A stretch of DNA of 64,000 nt, from contig CAVZJV010000001.1 of NCBI GenBank assembly GCA_963775685.1, positions 1 to 64,000 of the forward strand, in the 5' to 3' direction. A program made the translations under genes and the position numbers. The notes beneath the pieces are model-generated. The model was not told the origin of the DNA, did no database searches, and saw only the letters and a list, made by a program, of their open reading frames with translations. Positions 1 to 10,432 of this stretch are shown piece by piece. How positions within the stretch are numbered: position 1 is the first letter of the stretch; every line of letters begins with the position of its first letter. The stretch comes from Candidatus Bathyarchaeota archaeon. Lineage in GTDB: Archaea; Thermoproteota; Bathyarchaeia; Bathyarchaeales; Bathycorpusculaceae.

Positions 1-63
1 TTTCTAAAAAAGTAAGAGTTAGCAATGCTACCCAACATTAGGGTTTAAGAAAACTTCAAACAT
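1..63 (-). CDS. N-terminal fragment of a TerC-family membrane protein (runs off the window; 1-nt frameshift)
   Basis: Reverse strand reads MFEVFLNPNV/WVALLTLTFLE, matching the TerC N-terminal 'W.ALLTLTFLE' pattern. Confidence 0.55.
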
Positions 64-158
64 GGAACTTATTTTTAATTAAGTTTGCTTACGGTCCTTT
101 TTGTTTATTGGCATCACCTAGAATTGAAAAGTCAAAGTATATGCATTTTCTTTTGTTG

Positions 159-449
159 TCAATAATCCTCATTTGTACAGCCTTTTGCTTCCTGCATATT
201 TTTAGGATGTACTTTTTGAAGTATATATTCGCAATCATTTACCCAACGCACAGTTGAAGTATCTGTTTTACCTTCAAAAGTTTCTATTTCGAGATTTTCG
301 GTGCGTTCAAAATGAGTAGTTTTCTCTTTACCGTTTATTTCATATTCAAAACTGAACTTTCCAGTTTTAAAGTCTTTACAGTTGCGTTCCTGCTGATAGC
401 ATGATGTAAGTAAGGAAAATGCTAAAACGAGATATGTTATTTTTTTCAT
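159..449 (-). CDS. Flavobacterial hypothetical lipoprotein (C-terminus frameshifted; probably extends to ~78)
   Basis: Lipobox LLTSC after a basic/hydrophobic signal; another frame continues AVQMRIIDNKRKCIYFDFSILG. Confidence 0.6.
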   Translation of the reverse strand: MKKITYLVLAFSLLTSCYQQERNCKDFKTGKFSFEYEINGKEKTTHFERTENLEIETFEGKTDTSTVRWVNDCEYILQKVHPKNMQEAKGCTNEDY

Positions 450-451
450 AT

Positions 452-670
452 TTAGTCAAATAGGCTTTTCATAATAGTTTTTATTCCAAAAAACATTAGT
501 AACATTCCTATTATGCATGTTATTATGCCTAAACCCAAAACAGGTATAAACATAAAATGTTTCTGATTTTTAAAAGAGGAGTGTATAACTACGGGGCCTA
601 AAAAAAAGAGTGGTAGTGCTCCTGCAAGGTATCTTATACCTTTTAATAATATTCTTTTATTTGTTGGCAT
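452..670 (-). CDS. Small two-TM membrane protein (DUF6095-like)
   Basis: 72 aa, two hydrophobic segments, tightly coupled to murQ. Confidence 0.6.
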   Translation of the reverse strand: MPTNKRILLKGIRYLAGALPLFFLGPVVIHSSFKNQKHFMFIPVLGLGIITCIIGMLLMFFGIKTIMKSLFD

Positions 671-676
671 ATGCTT

Positions 677-1471
677 CTATAGCTTTTCTAACGTTTTTAT
701 GTTCCTCAAGAGGGTAGTGGCAACTTCTTGTGAAACATTTATTTCATCCATGATCATTCTTACACCACGGTCAACAAGTTTATGGTTGCTTAACTGCATA
801 TCAACCATTTTATTTCCTTTTACATGCCCAAATTGTATCATTGTAGCTGTGGATATCATATTCAATACCAGCTTCTGAGCTGTTCCGGCTTTCATACGTG
901 AACTTCCGGTAATAAATTCAGGCCCTACAACAACTTCTACAGGGTACTTTGCAGCAGAAGCCAATGGACTGCCGGTATTACATGTTATACAGCCTGTTGT
1001 TATATTATTCTCGTTGCATTTTTCAAGACCACCAATTACATAGGGTGTTGTTCCTGAAGCAGCAATACCTATAACAACATCTTTACTGCTAATTTTATAT
1101 TCCAAGAGGTCTTTCCAGGCCTGCTCTTTATCATCTTCGGCAAATTCAACCGCTTTACGTATAGCAGCATCACCTCCGGCAATAAGACCAATAACTAGAT
1201 CAAAAGGTACTCCGAAAGTAGGGGGGCATTCTGAAGCATCAACAATTCCTAATCTTCCGCTTGTACCGGCACCAATATAAAACAAACGCCCGCCCTCTCT
1301 GAATTTAAAAACAACCTGCTCAACTAATGCTTCAATTTGGGGTAATGCCTTTTCTATAGCAAACGGTACAGTTTTATCTTCATTATTAATATTTTGAAGT
1401 AAATCAGCTATAGGCATCTTCTCAAGATGGTTGTATTTAGAACTTTGCTCGGTAGTTTTTGTAAATGACAT
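677..1471 (-). CDS. murQ: N-acetylmuramic acid 6-phosphate etherase
   Basis: GAGTSGRLG, DASECPPTFG, GIAASGTTPYV, GSSRMKAGTAQKLVLNMIST motifs. Confidence 0.95.
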   Translation of the reverse strand: MSFTKTTEQSSKYNHLEKMPIADLLQNINNEDKTVPFAIEKALPQIEALVEQVVFKFREGGRLFYIGAGTSGRLGIVDASECPPTFGVPFDLVIGLIAGGDAAIRKAVEFAEDDKEQAWKDLLEYKISSKDVVIGIAASGTTPYVIGGLEKCNENNITTGCITCNTGSPLASAAKYPVEVVVGPEFITGSSRMKAGTAQKLVLNMISTATMIQFGHVKGNKMVDMQLSNHKLVDRGVRMIMDEINVSQEVATTLLRNIKTLEKL

Positions 1472-1482
1472 GATATAGGCTT

Positions 1483-2204
1483 TTACGTAAAATTAAGAAA
1501 ATACGCCATTACAACTCCTAAAATAATAACAAGAAGTTTGGCTAGGTTAAATTTATGACCTTCGCTGCTTTCAAATATAATTGTAGATGAAATATGAAAC
1601 AATATACCCACAACTATAGCTGATATTTCAGCATAATAATGGCTTATAAATTCCATTTGCTCTGATATTAAAGTGCCAAGCGGAGTCATTATAGCAAACA
1701 CAAACATAAATAGCATTACAGCAGGTTTGCTTAGTCCTGAGTTGATAAAAAATGCGGTTAATATTATAGCAATAGGGAAGTGGTGTATAGCTATACCCCA
1801 TGCCATATCTGCATGATGGCTTACGGGCATACCTTCAAGTAATGCGTGTATGCAAAGACTAATAAATAATAGCCAGGGCATTTTATGCAGATGCTCATTT
1901 CCGTGAACATGAACATGACCATGTTCAGCACCTTTTGAAAAGTACTCCAGAATTATCTGGAAAATAATACCGGCCATTATAAAAACACCAATAGCACTAT
2001 TATTATGTCCATGATCGTGACCTTCATGAGCATGTGACGCACTTTCATAAACCTCCGGTAATAAATGTAATACCGTAAGTGATAGTAAAAAAGAACCACT
2101 GTATGCAAGTAACAATTTTAAGACTCTTTTTGTTTGATGGCTTTAATAATAAGTGCTATGCCATAACCAAGAATAACAGATAATAAAGGGAGTAGATATA
2201 TCAT
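1483..2204 (-). CDS. ZIP-family metal transporter (frameshift near 5' end)
   Basis: LHLLPE, His-rich loops, HALLEG, HHFP motifs; natural ATG at 2204 overlaps the upstream stop (TAATG) but is out of frame with the 1483..2115 ORF. Confidence 0.85.
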
Positions 2205-2941
2205 TATTTAAAGACCATGATTAAACGTTCCGACTCGTTTTTAAAAAACTTTTTAAGTTTATAATCACCAAAAATATCCAAAAGGTAAATACCTGCTTCT
2301 TCCATCATGCCCTCAAAATTTTCAAGGGTTAATGCTTTTACTTTTTCAGTAAAATGAAACTTCTCTCCATTGTCTTCAAAATCAATTTCCTTAAAAATAT
2401 GATCGTCTTTTACATAACGCTTTATATGAAAATTTATACCATTTACAGTTTTAGTTTCTTCAGGAATAAGATTTTTAATGACCTTGTTAACATTCATAAA
2501 ATCAATTACGCCAAATCCATATTCATTAAGACTTTCGCAAATTGCTTTTAGCGTTACTATATTGTCACTATCGTTTTCAAAATAGCCAAAACTGGTAAAC
2601 AAATTAAATATTGCGTCAAACTTTTGTTCAAAAGGCTCACGCATGTCGTGTACTGTAAAATGAAGCCTGTCATTACTGGCTTTAGAAGCTATTGCAATAC
2701 TGTTTTCAGATAGGTCTGCACCTGTAACATCATAACCTAACTGATTAAGATAGATGGAATGACATCCTTTTCCGCAGGCTAAATCCAGTATTTTGGCATC
2801 TTCAGGAAGGTTAAGGTATTGGGTTATATTATCCATAAAGAGTTGAGCTTCTTCGTAGTCACGATCCTTATACAGTATATGATAGTAAGGGGTATCGAAC
2901 CAGGATGCAAACCAGTTATTTGTTTCTTTTTGCATATTCAT
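2204..2941 (-). CDS. Class I SAM-dependent methyltransferase
   Basis: ILDLACGKG motif I, NLFTSFGYF motif. Confidence 0.9.
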   Translation of the reverse strand: MNMQKETNNWFASWFDTPYYHILYKDRDYEEAQLFMDNITQYLNLPEDAKILDLACGKGCHSIYLNQLGYDVTGADLSENSIAIASKASNDRLHFTVHDMREPFEQKFDAIFNLFTSFGYFENDSDNIVTLKAICESLNEYGFGVIDFMNVNKVIKNLIPEETKTVNGINFHIKRYVKDDHIFKEIDFEDNGEKFHFTEKVKALTLENFEGMMEEAGIYLLDIFGDYKLKKFFKNESERLIMVFK

Positions 2942-2993
2942 TTAATGTACCCGCAAAATTAGTTTATTTTTGCCAAGAATTTGATTCAGGTAC

Positions 2994-4167
2994 ATGGAAA
3001 ATAATTATAAAATGATTGCCAAAACCTTTTTTGGTTTTGAAGAAATACTTGCCAAAGAATTGCAGATTCTAGGAGCTCAGGATGTTGAACAGGGGGTGAG
3101 AATGGTAAGTTTTGTGGGAGATAAAGGCTTTATGTATAAGGCTAACCTTGCATTACGTACTGCTCTTAAGATACTTAAACCTATTTACTACTTCAGGGCA
3201 TATAATGAAGAAAGTCTTTATAAAGGTATTCAGGGTATAGACTGGTCTAAATATTTAAATGCAAACCAATCGTTTGTAATAGACGTTACACTGCATTCAG
3301 ATCATTTTAATCATTCTCAATTTGTTGCCTTAAAGGCCAAAGATGCAGTCGTAGATCAGTTTAGAGACAGATATGGCAAAAGACCAAGTATTGATAAAGA
3401 CTTTCCCGATTTAAGGATAAACCTCCATATACATAATGATCAGTGCTCTGTAGCATTAGATACTTCCGGCAACTCATTACATCAAAGAGGCTATAAAACA
3501 GCAACTAACATAGCGCCTATTAACGAGGTGCTGGCTGCAGGAATGCTGATTGCTTTCCGGTTGGGATGGACAAGGCGATTTTATGGACCCTATGTGTGGC
3601 TCAGGTACTATTTTAGCAGAAGCGGCAATGATTGCATGTAATATTCCTGCAAACATTAACCGAAAAGAATTTGCTTTTGAAAAATGGAATGATTGGGATA
3701 ATGACCTTTTTGATACTATTGTAGAATCACTGCTTAAAAAAGTGAAAGAGTTTCATTATACCATAAAAGGTTATGATAAGGCACCATCGGCAGTGGCTAA
3801 AGCTAAAGATAATATACAAAATGCAAATCTTGATGAGTATATAACTATAAGCCAGCAGGACTTTTTTACTACTGAAAAAGAAACCAGAGGACCACTACAC
3901 ATGGTATTTAACCCACCATACGGTGAAAGACTGGATATTGATATGGAGCGTTTTTACAGGGAAATAGGCGATACGCTTAAACAAAGTTATCCTGGCACAA
4001 ATGCATGGTTTATTACTGCTAACCTTGAAGCTCTTAAATTTGTGGGGTTAAAACCTTCGAGAAAAATTAAACTCTTTAACGGTAAGCTTGAAACACGTTT
4101 TGTAAAATATGAAATGTATGAAGGAAGCAAAAGAACCAAATTTCAAAAAGATAATACCGATTCTTAA
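2994..4167 (+). CDS. THUMP-domain RNA methyltransferase (RlmL-like), split by a frameshift near 3550
   Basis: SLHQRGY, APINEVLAAG, DPMCGSGT, NPPYGER motifs distributed over two overlapping ORFs. Confidence 0.88.
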
Positions 4168-4172
4168 ATCAA

Positions 4173-4412
4173 ATGACAATGAATAAACAGATTAAATCTT
4201 TCTTATATAACTTATTAGGATTTCTTCCCTTTTATGTAATTTCTTATTTACTGCTTTTCTACTTTACCAATCTTACGGGATTTTGGATACCGCTTACCGC
4301 TGCTGTTATTACAACCATACTAGCACCAAAATTTCAGCATGTTAGACAAGCAGGTGGCGATAAAATCTATATGAAATGGATTTTTATAAAAGGTATTAAA
4401 GAAGTTAAATAA
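4173..4412 (+). CDS. Small hypothetical membrane protein
   Basis: 79 aa with two hydrophobic helices, followed by a terminator hairpin. Confidence 0.6.
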   Translation: MTMNKQIKSFLYNLLGFLPFYVISYLLLFYFTNLTGFWIPLTAAVITTILAPKFQHVRQAGGDKIYMKWIFIKGIKEVK

Positions 4413-4418
4413 CATAAT

Positions 4419-4445
4419 AAACGGAGGCAATAAAAGCCTCCGTTT
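4419..4445. terminator. Intrinsic (probably bidirectional) terminator hairpin
   Basis: AAACGGAGGC-aataaaa-GCCTCCGTTT between convergent genes. Confidence 0.8.
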
Positions 4446-4449
4446 GTGT

Positions 4450-5079
4450 CTACATTCGTTTAAATCCGTTTATCCAGCGTTTGTTTTCGTATAGCGTAGA
4501 TCGGCTTATTCTGCCATCCGGATTTTTAGATGTTCCTTTTAAATGTTCTTTTATCGTATTATATATTTGTTGCGGCATTTGCTGGCTTATGGTTACTTTA
4601 CGAATAATATTTAATGGAATATCAATTTCAAAGAAATCCATTTTTTCATTGGTTTCATAAATTACTCTATATTCTTCTTCAACACGATAAGGCCACCTTT
4701 TTGTAAATGGCATAGCATCAATTTCAACTTTAGTTTTTTCTATCTCGGGCAGTTTTTTATAATCTACAATTCCATGTTTTAACCCGGCAATTTTGTCAAG
4801 AATGGCAAATAACTTTTTAGCATCAAATTCAATCACACAACCACTAGGGCCGTTAGAATATGTTTTCCAATGATGTAAAGTTTCATCGTTATGAGAAAAA
4901 CATAAGGCAAATAAGTTATCTACTCCTTTACGGTTTTTATATTCAAGTATAATTTCGGCATCATTCCTGTCTTCCCAAAGTATTGGGTTGAGTAACGTAA
5001 GTTTCTTTCTCTCCAGCATATCCAAAAGAATAGGAAGAGTAGTGTAGCGATTGAGTCTTGAAATTGTGTTATTATCCAT
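4450..5079 (-). CDS. DUF2971-like hypothetical protein
   Basis: RYTT..., W(E)D.ND, LCFS....LHHWKTYS...GCVIEF, K...Y..EEEYR pattern typical of DUF2971 proteins. Confidence 0.6.
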   Translation of the reverse strand: MDNNTISRLNRYTTLPILLDMLERKKLTLLNPILWEDRNDAEIILEYKNRKGVDNLFALCFSHNDETLHHWKTYSNGPSGCVIEFDAKKLFAILDKIAGLKHGIVDYKKLPEIEKTKVEIDAMPFTKRWPYRVEEEYRVIYETNEKMDFFEIDIPLNIIRKVTISQQMPQQIYNTIKEHLKGTSKNPDGRISRSTLYENKRWINGFKRM

Positions 5080-5096
5080 ATATTGAATTAAATAAA

Positions 5097-5118
5097 AACG
5101 GAGGCCTAAGCCTCCGTT
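5097..5118 (-). terminator. Intrinsic terminator hairpin after the S9 peptidase
   Basis: AACGGAGGC-ctaa-GCCTCCGTT with an adjacent A-run (T-run on minus strand). Confidence 0.8.
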
Positions 5119-5124
5119 AAAATA

Positions 5125-6560
5125 TTACTTTTTAAGATAAGTATCAAAATAATCAGCAATTTTCTGATTTAAATGAATCCTGTCCCTTCCACTTACGTTA
5201 TGTTCATGAGTAGGGTATAAGAAATAATCTACCTGTTTACCCGCAGTTATACAAGCATTAATAAATTCCATACTGTGTTGTTGTACAACTACATTATCCT
5301 GAGCTCCATGAATTACAAGTAGTCTACCTTTAAGTTGTTTAGCTTTATCTATAACATTGGTTTTAGCATAACCTTCAGGGTTTTCCTGTGGCATATCCAT
5401 ATAGCGCTCACCATACATAACTTCATAATATTTCCAGTCGCATACAGGGCCACCTGCAACCCCAACTTTAAATACATCACCATGATCAAGCATTAAAGAC
5501 GTGGTCATAAAACCACCAAAACTCCATCCTGAAACACCAATCCTGTCCTGATCTACAAAAGCTTTAGATTTAAGAAAATCAATACCTTTCATTTGATCGG
5601 CCATTTCATTTATTCCAAGATTACGGTGTACTATATGTTCAAAATCACGTCCGCGTGCATCACTACCTCTATTATCCATAGTGAAAACAACGTAACCCTG
5701 TTGAGCAAGATAATAGTCAAATAATGAAGCTCCACCCAGCCATCTGTTAGCTACAAGCTGAGCATGGGTCCTCCGTAAACATAAACTACAGTTGGGTATT
5801 TTTTTGAAGCGTCAAAATTAGCAGGGTAAATAATTCTACCGTTAAGTGGCGTTTTTCCATCTGCGGAAGTTATAGTAACCAACTCCATTTTAGGAAGTTC
5901 TGTTTTACCTGTATAAGGATTGTCTGCTTTAAATATAGAAGTTGTTTTATTATTTTTAACCGTAATGATATTTACATCATTGGGAGTAGTCGTATTGCTA
6001 AAACTATCCAGTGCAAGTGTACCATCCGTGCTTACAATAGCGGCGTGAGTACCTGAAACTGTAGTTATTTGGGTAGTTTTACCTGATTTAAGCTCTGCTT
6101 TAAATAATTGTCTGTCAAGACCATTATTTGCTGTGCCAATATAAAATACATTTTTAATGTCTTTATCAAAGTTTAAAAGATCTGTTATTACAACATCTTT
6201 AAAACCTAATTTTTTAAGCAGTTTGCCATCAGTATTATAAAGATACAATTGTTCAAAGCCATCTTTTTCTGTTCTGTATAAAAACTGGTCATTTTTACCG
6301 GGAACAAAAGTCAGGTCATGTAATGGCTCTACATAGGTAGATGCCTGTTCTTCAAATAATGTTTTTTCAAAATTTCCGGTTACAGCATCATATCTGTTAA
6401 GTTTTAGGTGGTTTTGTTCTCTGTTAAGTACACCTACATAAACTTTTTTACTGTCCGGCGACCAGGTAACGCAGGTAAGAAACTGTTCTTTGGGTCCTTC
6501 TGTTTTAAGTGTTGTTGATTTTCCTGAAGTAATATCATAAACAACAAGTGTAACTTCATT
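5125..6560 (-). CDS. S9-family dipeptidyl peptidase IV (frameshift ~5770; 5' part lost at junction)
   Basis: GWSFGG nucleophile motif, HGAQDNV, H-E-H catalytic region, beta-propeller N-part, YVYGGP. Confidence 0.9.
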
Positions 6561-7680
6561 AACGCCTCCCATCGTACAGCCTCGATCTGCACGCCAACGT
6601 CACGCGGCGATGGTGGCGACGCCGAAGCGTTCGTGGCCTATCGCACCTATCCGCACGTCGACATGGCCGAGACCGGCGCGCGGACGGCGGCGCTGCTGCA
6701 ACGCCGCTTCGACGGGGGGCCGAGACCCCATGTCTGGTGCGACAGGTGCCGTTCCTGATTCCGACTGGGGTCGCAGTGCACGAGCTGGAGCCTACCCAGT
6801 CGCATCTACCGCGAACTGCCGCGGCGTTGAAGGACGCGGCGTGGCGTCGCGCATCGTTCACGCCCGGGTTTCCGGCGGCAGATTTCCCGGAATGCGGTCC
6901 GGTCGTGTTCGCGTACGGTGAGACGCGGATGCAGTGGCCGGAGCCGCCGACCGGTTGTTCGAAGCCGTGGTCGCGCGCGAATCGGCCTTCGAGTTGGAAG
7001 TATTGACGCCGGAGGAGGGCGTGCGTCGGGCGATGCGATGCGGCGCGCGCCGTGCGGCCCGTCGTCATCGCCGACACGCAGGACAATCCCGGCGCTGGCG
7101 GCAATTCGGATACGACCGGCATGTTGCGCGCGCTGGTGCGGTGCGGATGCGCAGCGCGCTGCCATCGGCGCTGATCGTCGATCCCGAGGCCGCGCGCGGC
7201 AGCCCACGCCGCCGGCGAAGGGCGCACGTATCAAGATCGCGCTCGGCGGCAAGTCAGGCGTGCCGGGCGACTCGCCGTTCCAGGGTCGTTTCTGCGTCGG
7301 AGCGCTGTCCGACGGTCGCTTCGTCGGCACCGGTCCGTTCTATCGGCGGCGGCGCGGATGACCCTCGGGCCCGTCCGCCTGCCTGCGCATCGGCGGCGTG
7401 CGGGTCGTGGTCGCCTGCGACAAGCCGCAGCTGGCGGATCAGGAGATGTACCGCTTCGTCGGCATCGAGCCGACGCGAGGAGGCCATCCTCGTCAACAAG
7501 AGCTCGGTGCATTTCCGCGCCGACTTCGCAGCCGATCGCCGAGAAGATCCTGGTCTGCGCGGCGCCGGGCCCGATGCCGGTCGATCCCGCGGCTCTGCCT
7601 TGGAAGCGGCTGCGCCCGGGATTCGCATCAAGCCGAACGGCCCCGCCTTCGTCCCTGAAACGCCAATCGCCTTCAAACCG
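6561..7680 (+). CDS. M81/MlrC-family metallopeptidase, partial and multiply frameshifted
   Basis: Frame-hopping translation gives SLDLHANV, YPHVDMAETG, ADTQDNPGAGG, LVNKSSVHFRADF. Confidence 0.75.
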
Positions 7681-7696
7681 AGAGGACCGGAACGCC

Positions 7697-8876
7697 ATGC
7701 CCGTACTCGCCGCGATCGAAGCCTACGCCGACGAACTGACCGCCATCCGCCACGATCTCCACGCCCATCCCGAGATCGGCTTCGAGGAAGTGCGCACCTC
7801 CGGCATCGTCGCCGAGAAGCTGCAGGGCTGGGGCATCGAAACGCATCGCGGTATCGGCGGCACCGGCGTCGTCGGCATCCTGCACGGCACGCGCGGCCCC
7901 GGCCGGCGCATCGGCCTGCGCGCCGACATGGACGCGCTGCCGATGGACGAGACGACCAACCTGCCTTACCGCTCGACAGATTCCGGGCCGTTTCCATGGC
8001 TGCGGCCATGACGGCCATACCACCATGCTGCTCGGCGCGGCGCGCTATCTCGCCGAGACACCGCGATTTCGCCGGAACCGCCATCTTCATCTTCCAGCCC
8101 GCCGAGGAAGGCCTGGGCGGCGCCCGCGCCATGCTCGCCGACGGGCTGTTCCAGCGCTTTCCCTGCGACGAAATCTATGGCCTGCACAATTCGCCCGTAT
8201 ATCGATGCCGGCCAGGTGCGCGATCTTCCCGGGCAAGGCGATGGCGGGCGCCGACTTCTTCGACATCAGCATCAAGGGCAGCGGCGCCATGCCGCCATGC
8301 CGCAGGTCTCGCGCGATCCGATCGTGGTGGCGAACGGCGCTGGTCCAGGCGCTGCAGACCATCGTCAGCCGCAATGCCGATCCCATGCAGGCGGCGGTGC
8401 TGTCGGTGACGCAGTTCCATGCCGGTTCGGCCTATAATGTCATCCCCGAAGAGGCGGCGCTGTGCGGGACCGTCCGCACATTCTCCGCCGAGCGTTGCGC
8501 GAAATGATCCGTGGGCGGATGCGCACCATCGTCGCCGGCGTCGCCGCGGCATTCGAGGTGGAGATCGACGTCGATATCCGCGACTTGTTCTCCGTACTGG
8601 AAAATCACGTGGCGGAGAGCGGCCGCTATGCGCCGATGCCTGCCGCGACATCGTCGGCGCCGAGAATGTGCTGACCGAGCCCAAGCCGATGATGGGCAGC
8701 GAGGATTTCGCCGACATGCTGCTGCGGTGCCGGGCTGCTATTGCTGGGTCGGCCATGGCGGCACGGTGCCGCTGCACAATCCCGGCTTCATCCTCGACGA
8801 CGCGATCCTGCCGATCGGCGCGAGCCTGTTGGCGCGGATCATCGAAACCCGCATGCCGGTGGCCGCCCATGCATAA
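7697..8876 (+). CDS. M20 amidohydrolase (aminoacylase/hippurate hydrolase-like), frameshifted
   Basis: HAHPEIGFEE, LRADMDALP, CGHDGHT, FQPAEEG, MGSEDF, LHNP motifs across frames. Confidence 0.85.
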
Positions 8877-9228
8877 GCCGTCAGCACAGGAAGGCGTCAC
8901 GTCGCTGCACGACCTCAGCGCCGTCGACCTGATCGCAGGCTTCCGGGCCAAGCAGTTCTCTCCCTCCGAAGTGCTGGAAGACGTGCTGGCGCACATCGCT
9001 GTGTGGGAGCCGCACATCAAGGCGCTGTACGCGTTCGATCCGGACGGGGCACGCGCCGTCGCAAGGGCATCGACCGAACGCTGGCAGAAGGACCAGCCGA
9101 TGGGGCCGCTCGACGGCGTGCCGGCGACCATCAAGGAGAATATCCCCACCAAGGGCGTGCCGGTGCCGCTCGGTGCCGCCCCCAGCAAGCTGGATCCGGC
9201 GTGGCGGATGCCCCGCCGGCGGCGCGGC
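8869..9228 (+). CDS. Amidase signature family protein, N-terminal part truncated at junction
   Basis: MHKPSAQEGVTSLHDLSAVDL...GPLDGVPATIKENI typical amidase N-terminus. Confidence 0.8.
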
Positions 9229-9229
9229 T

Positions 9230-9511
9230 TTACTCGCTTTTGTACTCCTTGAGATTTCTTAATTCTTCAAGAGTCTTGTAGACCGTTATTACGTCGCCGA
9301 CGTTTCTAACGAAATTTGTAGGTAAAGATACTATTATTGAACCCAGCAGAGGTTTTTTAAATCTGAGAGAATCAGAAGCTTCTTTGGTCAGCTCAACTTG
9401 TAAATAATTTAAATGCCACGCGATTGTGTCAGCGTCGGAATTCTCCACTTCTCCAAGGGTGAAAGCATCAGATGTAATTACTTGCATCCCGTTCAATTTA
9501 CTAACTTTCAT
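9230..9511 (-). CDS. PRC-barrel domain protein
   Basis: SKLNGMQVITSDAFTLGEV...V.NVGDVITV pattern of archaeal PRC barrels. Confidence 0.8.
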   Translation of the reverse strand: MKVSKLNGMQVITSDAFTLGEVENSDADTIAWHLNYLQVELTKEASDSLRFKKPLLGSIIVSLPTNFVRNVGDVITVYKTLEELRNLKEYKSE

Positions 9512-10298
9512 GCCAAAATTACCAAAAATAATGTTCTCAAGAAACTATTTGAACGTTATGAAGATTCGAATCATTCTGCAAATTAATTAGCAGAATAACG
9601 CACGCTGGCTTGTTTCGATTTTAAGTGTGGAAGTAAGTTGGTGAAACAGCTTTGTCCGCTCTTTCTGATGTTTTAAGTAAGGTCGTTAACTATAGGCTGG
9701 TTGGTAAGTCAAATAAAATCATTTTTCATTGTTTTATTGCTTCTTGATTGGTTCAATTTTTGTTTTTGTGCAATGATTTTCTTCTCCATTTCTTTACCTA
9801 ACCGATTGACAGCTTCCCTTTGAAAGGAATGTTGCAGGGTTCTTTAACTTAGCAATCTTTCGGTACAAAGCCTTAATTGTTTTCACCGAAAACTTGAATT
9901 TCAATAAGTTGCCACAAACATCTCTTTCGGGCGATTTGGTATTTGAATTTTTGATATGTTGAGCTGGATTTTGCTCATTTCTGGTTGTATGTTTTGGACA
10001 GCTTATAGGGGGCTTAATTGCTGTTTGGTTTGGGGGATTAAATTTTAATCTTTTTCTCTTGTGTTCATTTACCTACGACTACGCATGTGCGACTACGTTC
10101 ATAAACATCTATGACTGCGACTGTTCGCCTGCGTACGTGTGTGTGTCATATCCCTGTCGGAGTCAGTCAGTCTGTCAGTCTGTCAATTGCAAACATCACA
10201 CAACACAAACAAAGATGGACAAAGACAAACAGACAAAGACAAGTAAACAACCTAAAGAGTATAATGATTGAAAATAATAGTTTGCTAAAAATAGGATT

Positions 10299-10343
10299 TT
10301 CTATACTCTATCTCTCTCCATTTAAACCTATCTCATGGGCTCT
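10299..10343 (-). promoter_or_regulatory. Copy of the LSm promoter region (BRE/TATA-like)
   Basis: 40/45 nt identical to 43804-43848; minus strand GAGATAGG-TTTAAA. Confidence 0.65.
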
Positions 10344-10432
10344 CCAAAACAAATACCAAAGGATTACCCTTTGACTAAATGGAAATGTTTGTCATATTAT
10401 CATAATAACACAATTCAATTCAGTCAAGAAAT

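Noticed and set aside
6559-9281. Many long overlapping Arg/Ala/Pro-rich ORFs on both strands
   Set aside because: Shadow ORFs of high-GC DNA and frameshifted pieces of the M81, M20 and amidase genes
10059-10374. Cys-rich 70-aa and 87-aa ORFs in the low-complexity tract; possible CRISPR-like repeats
   Set aside because: Products of simple repeats with no SD or promoter; no constant-length repeat-spacer structure
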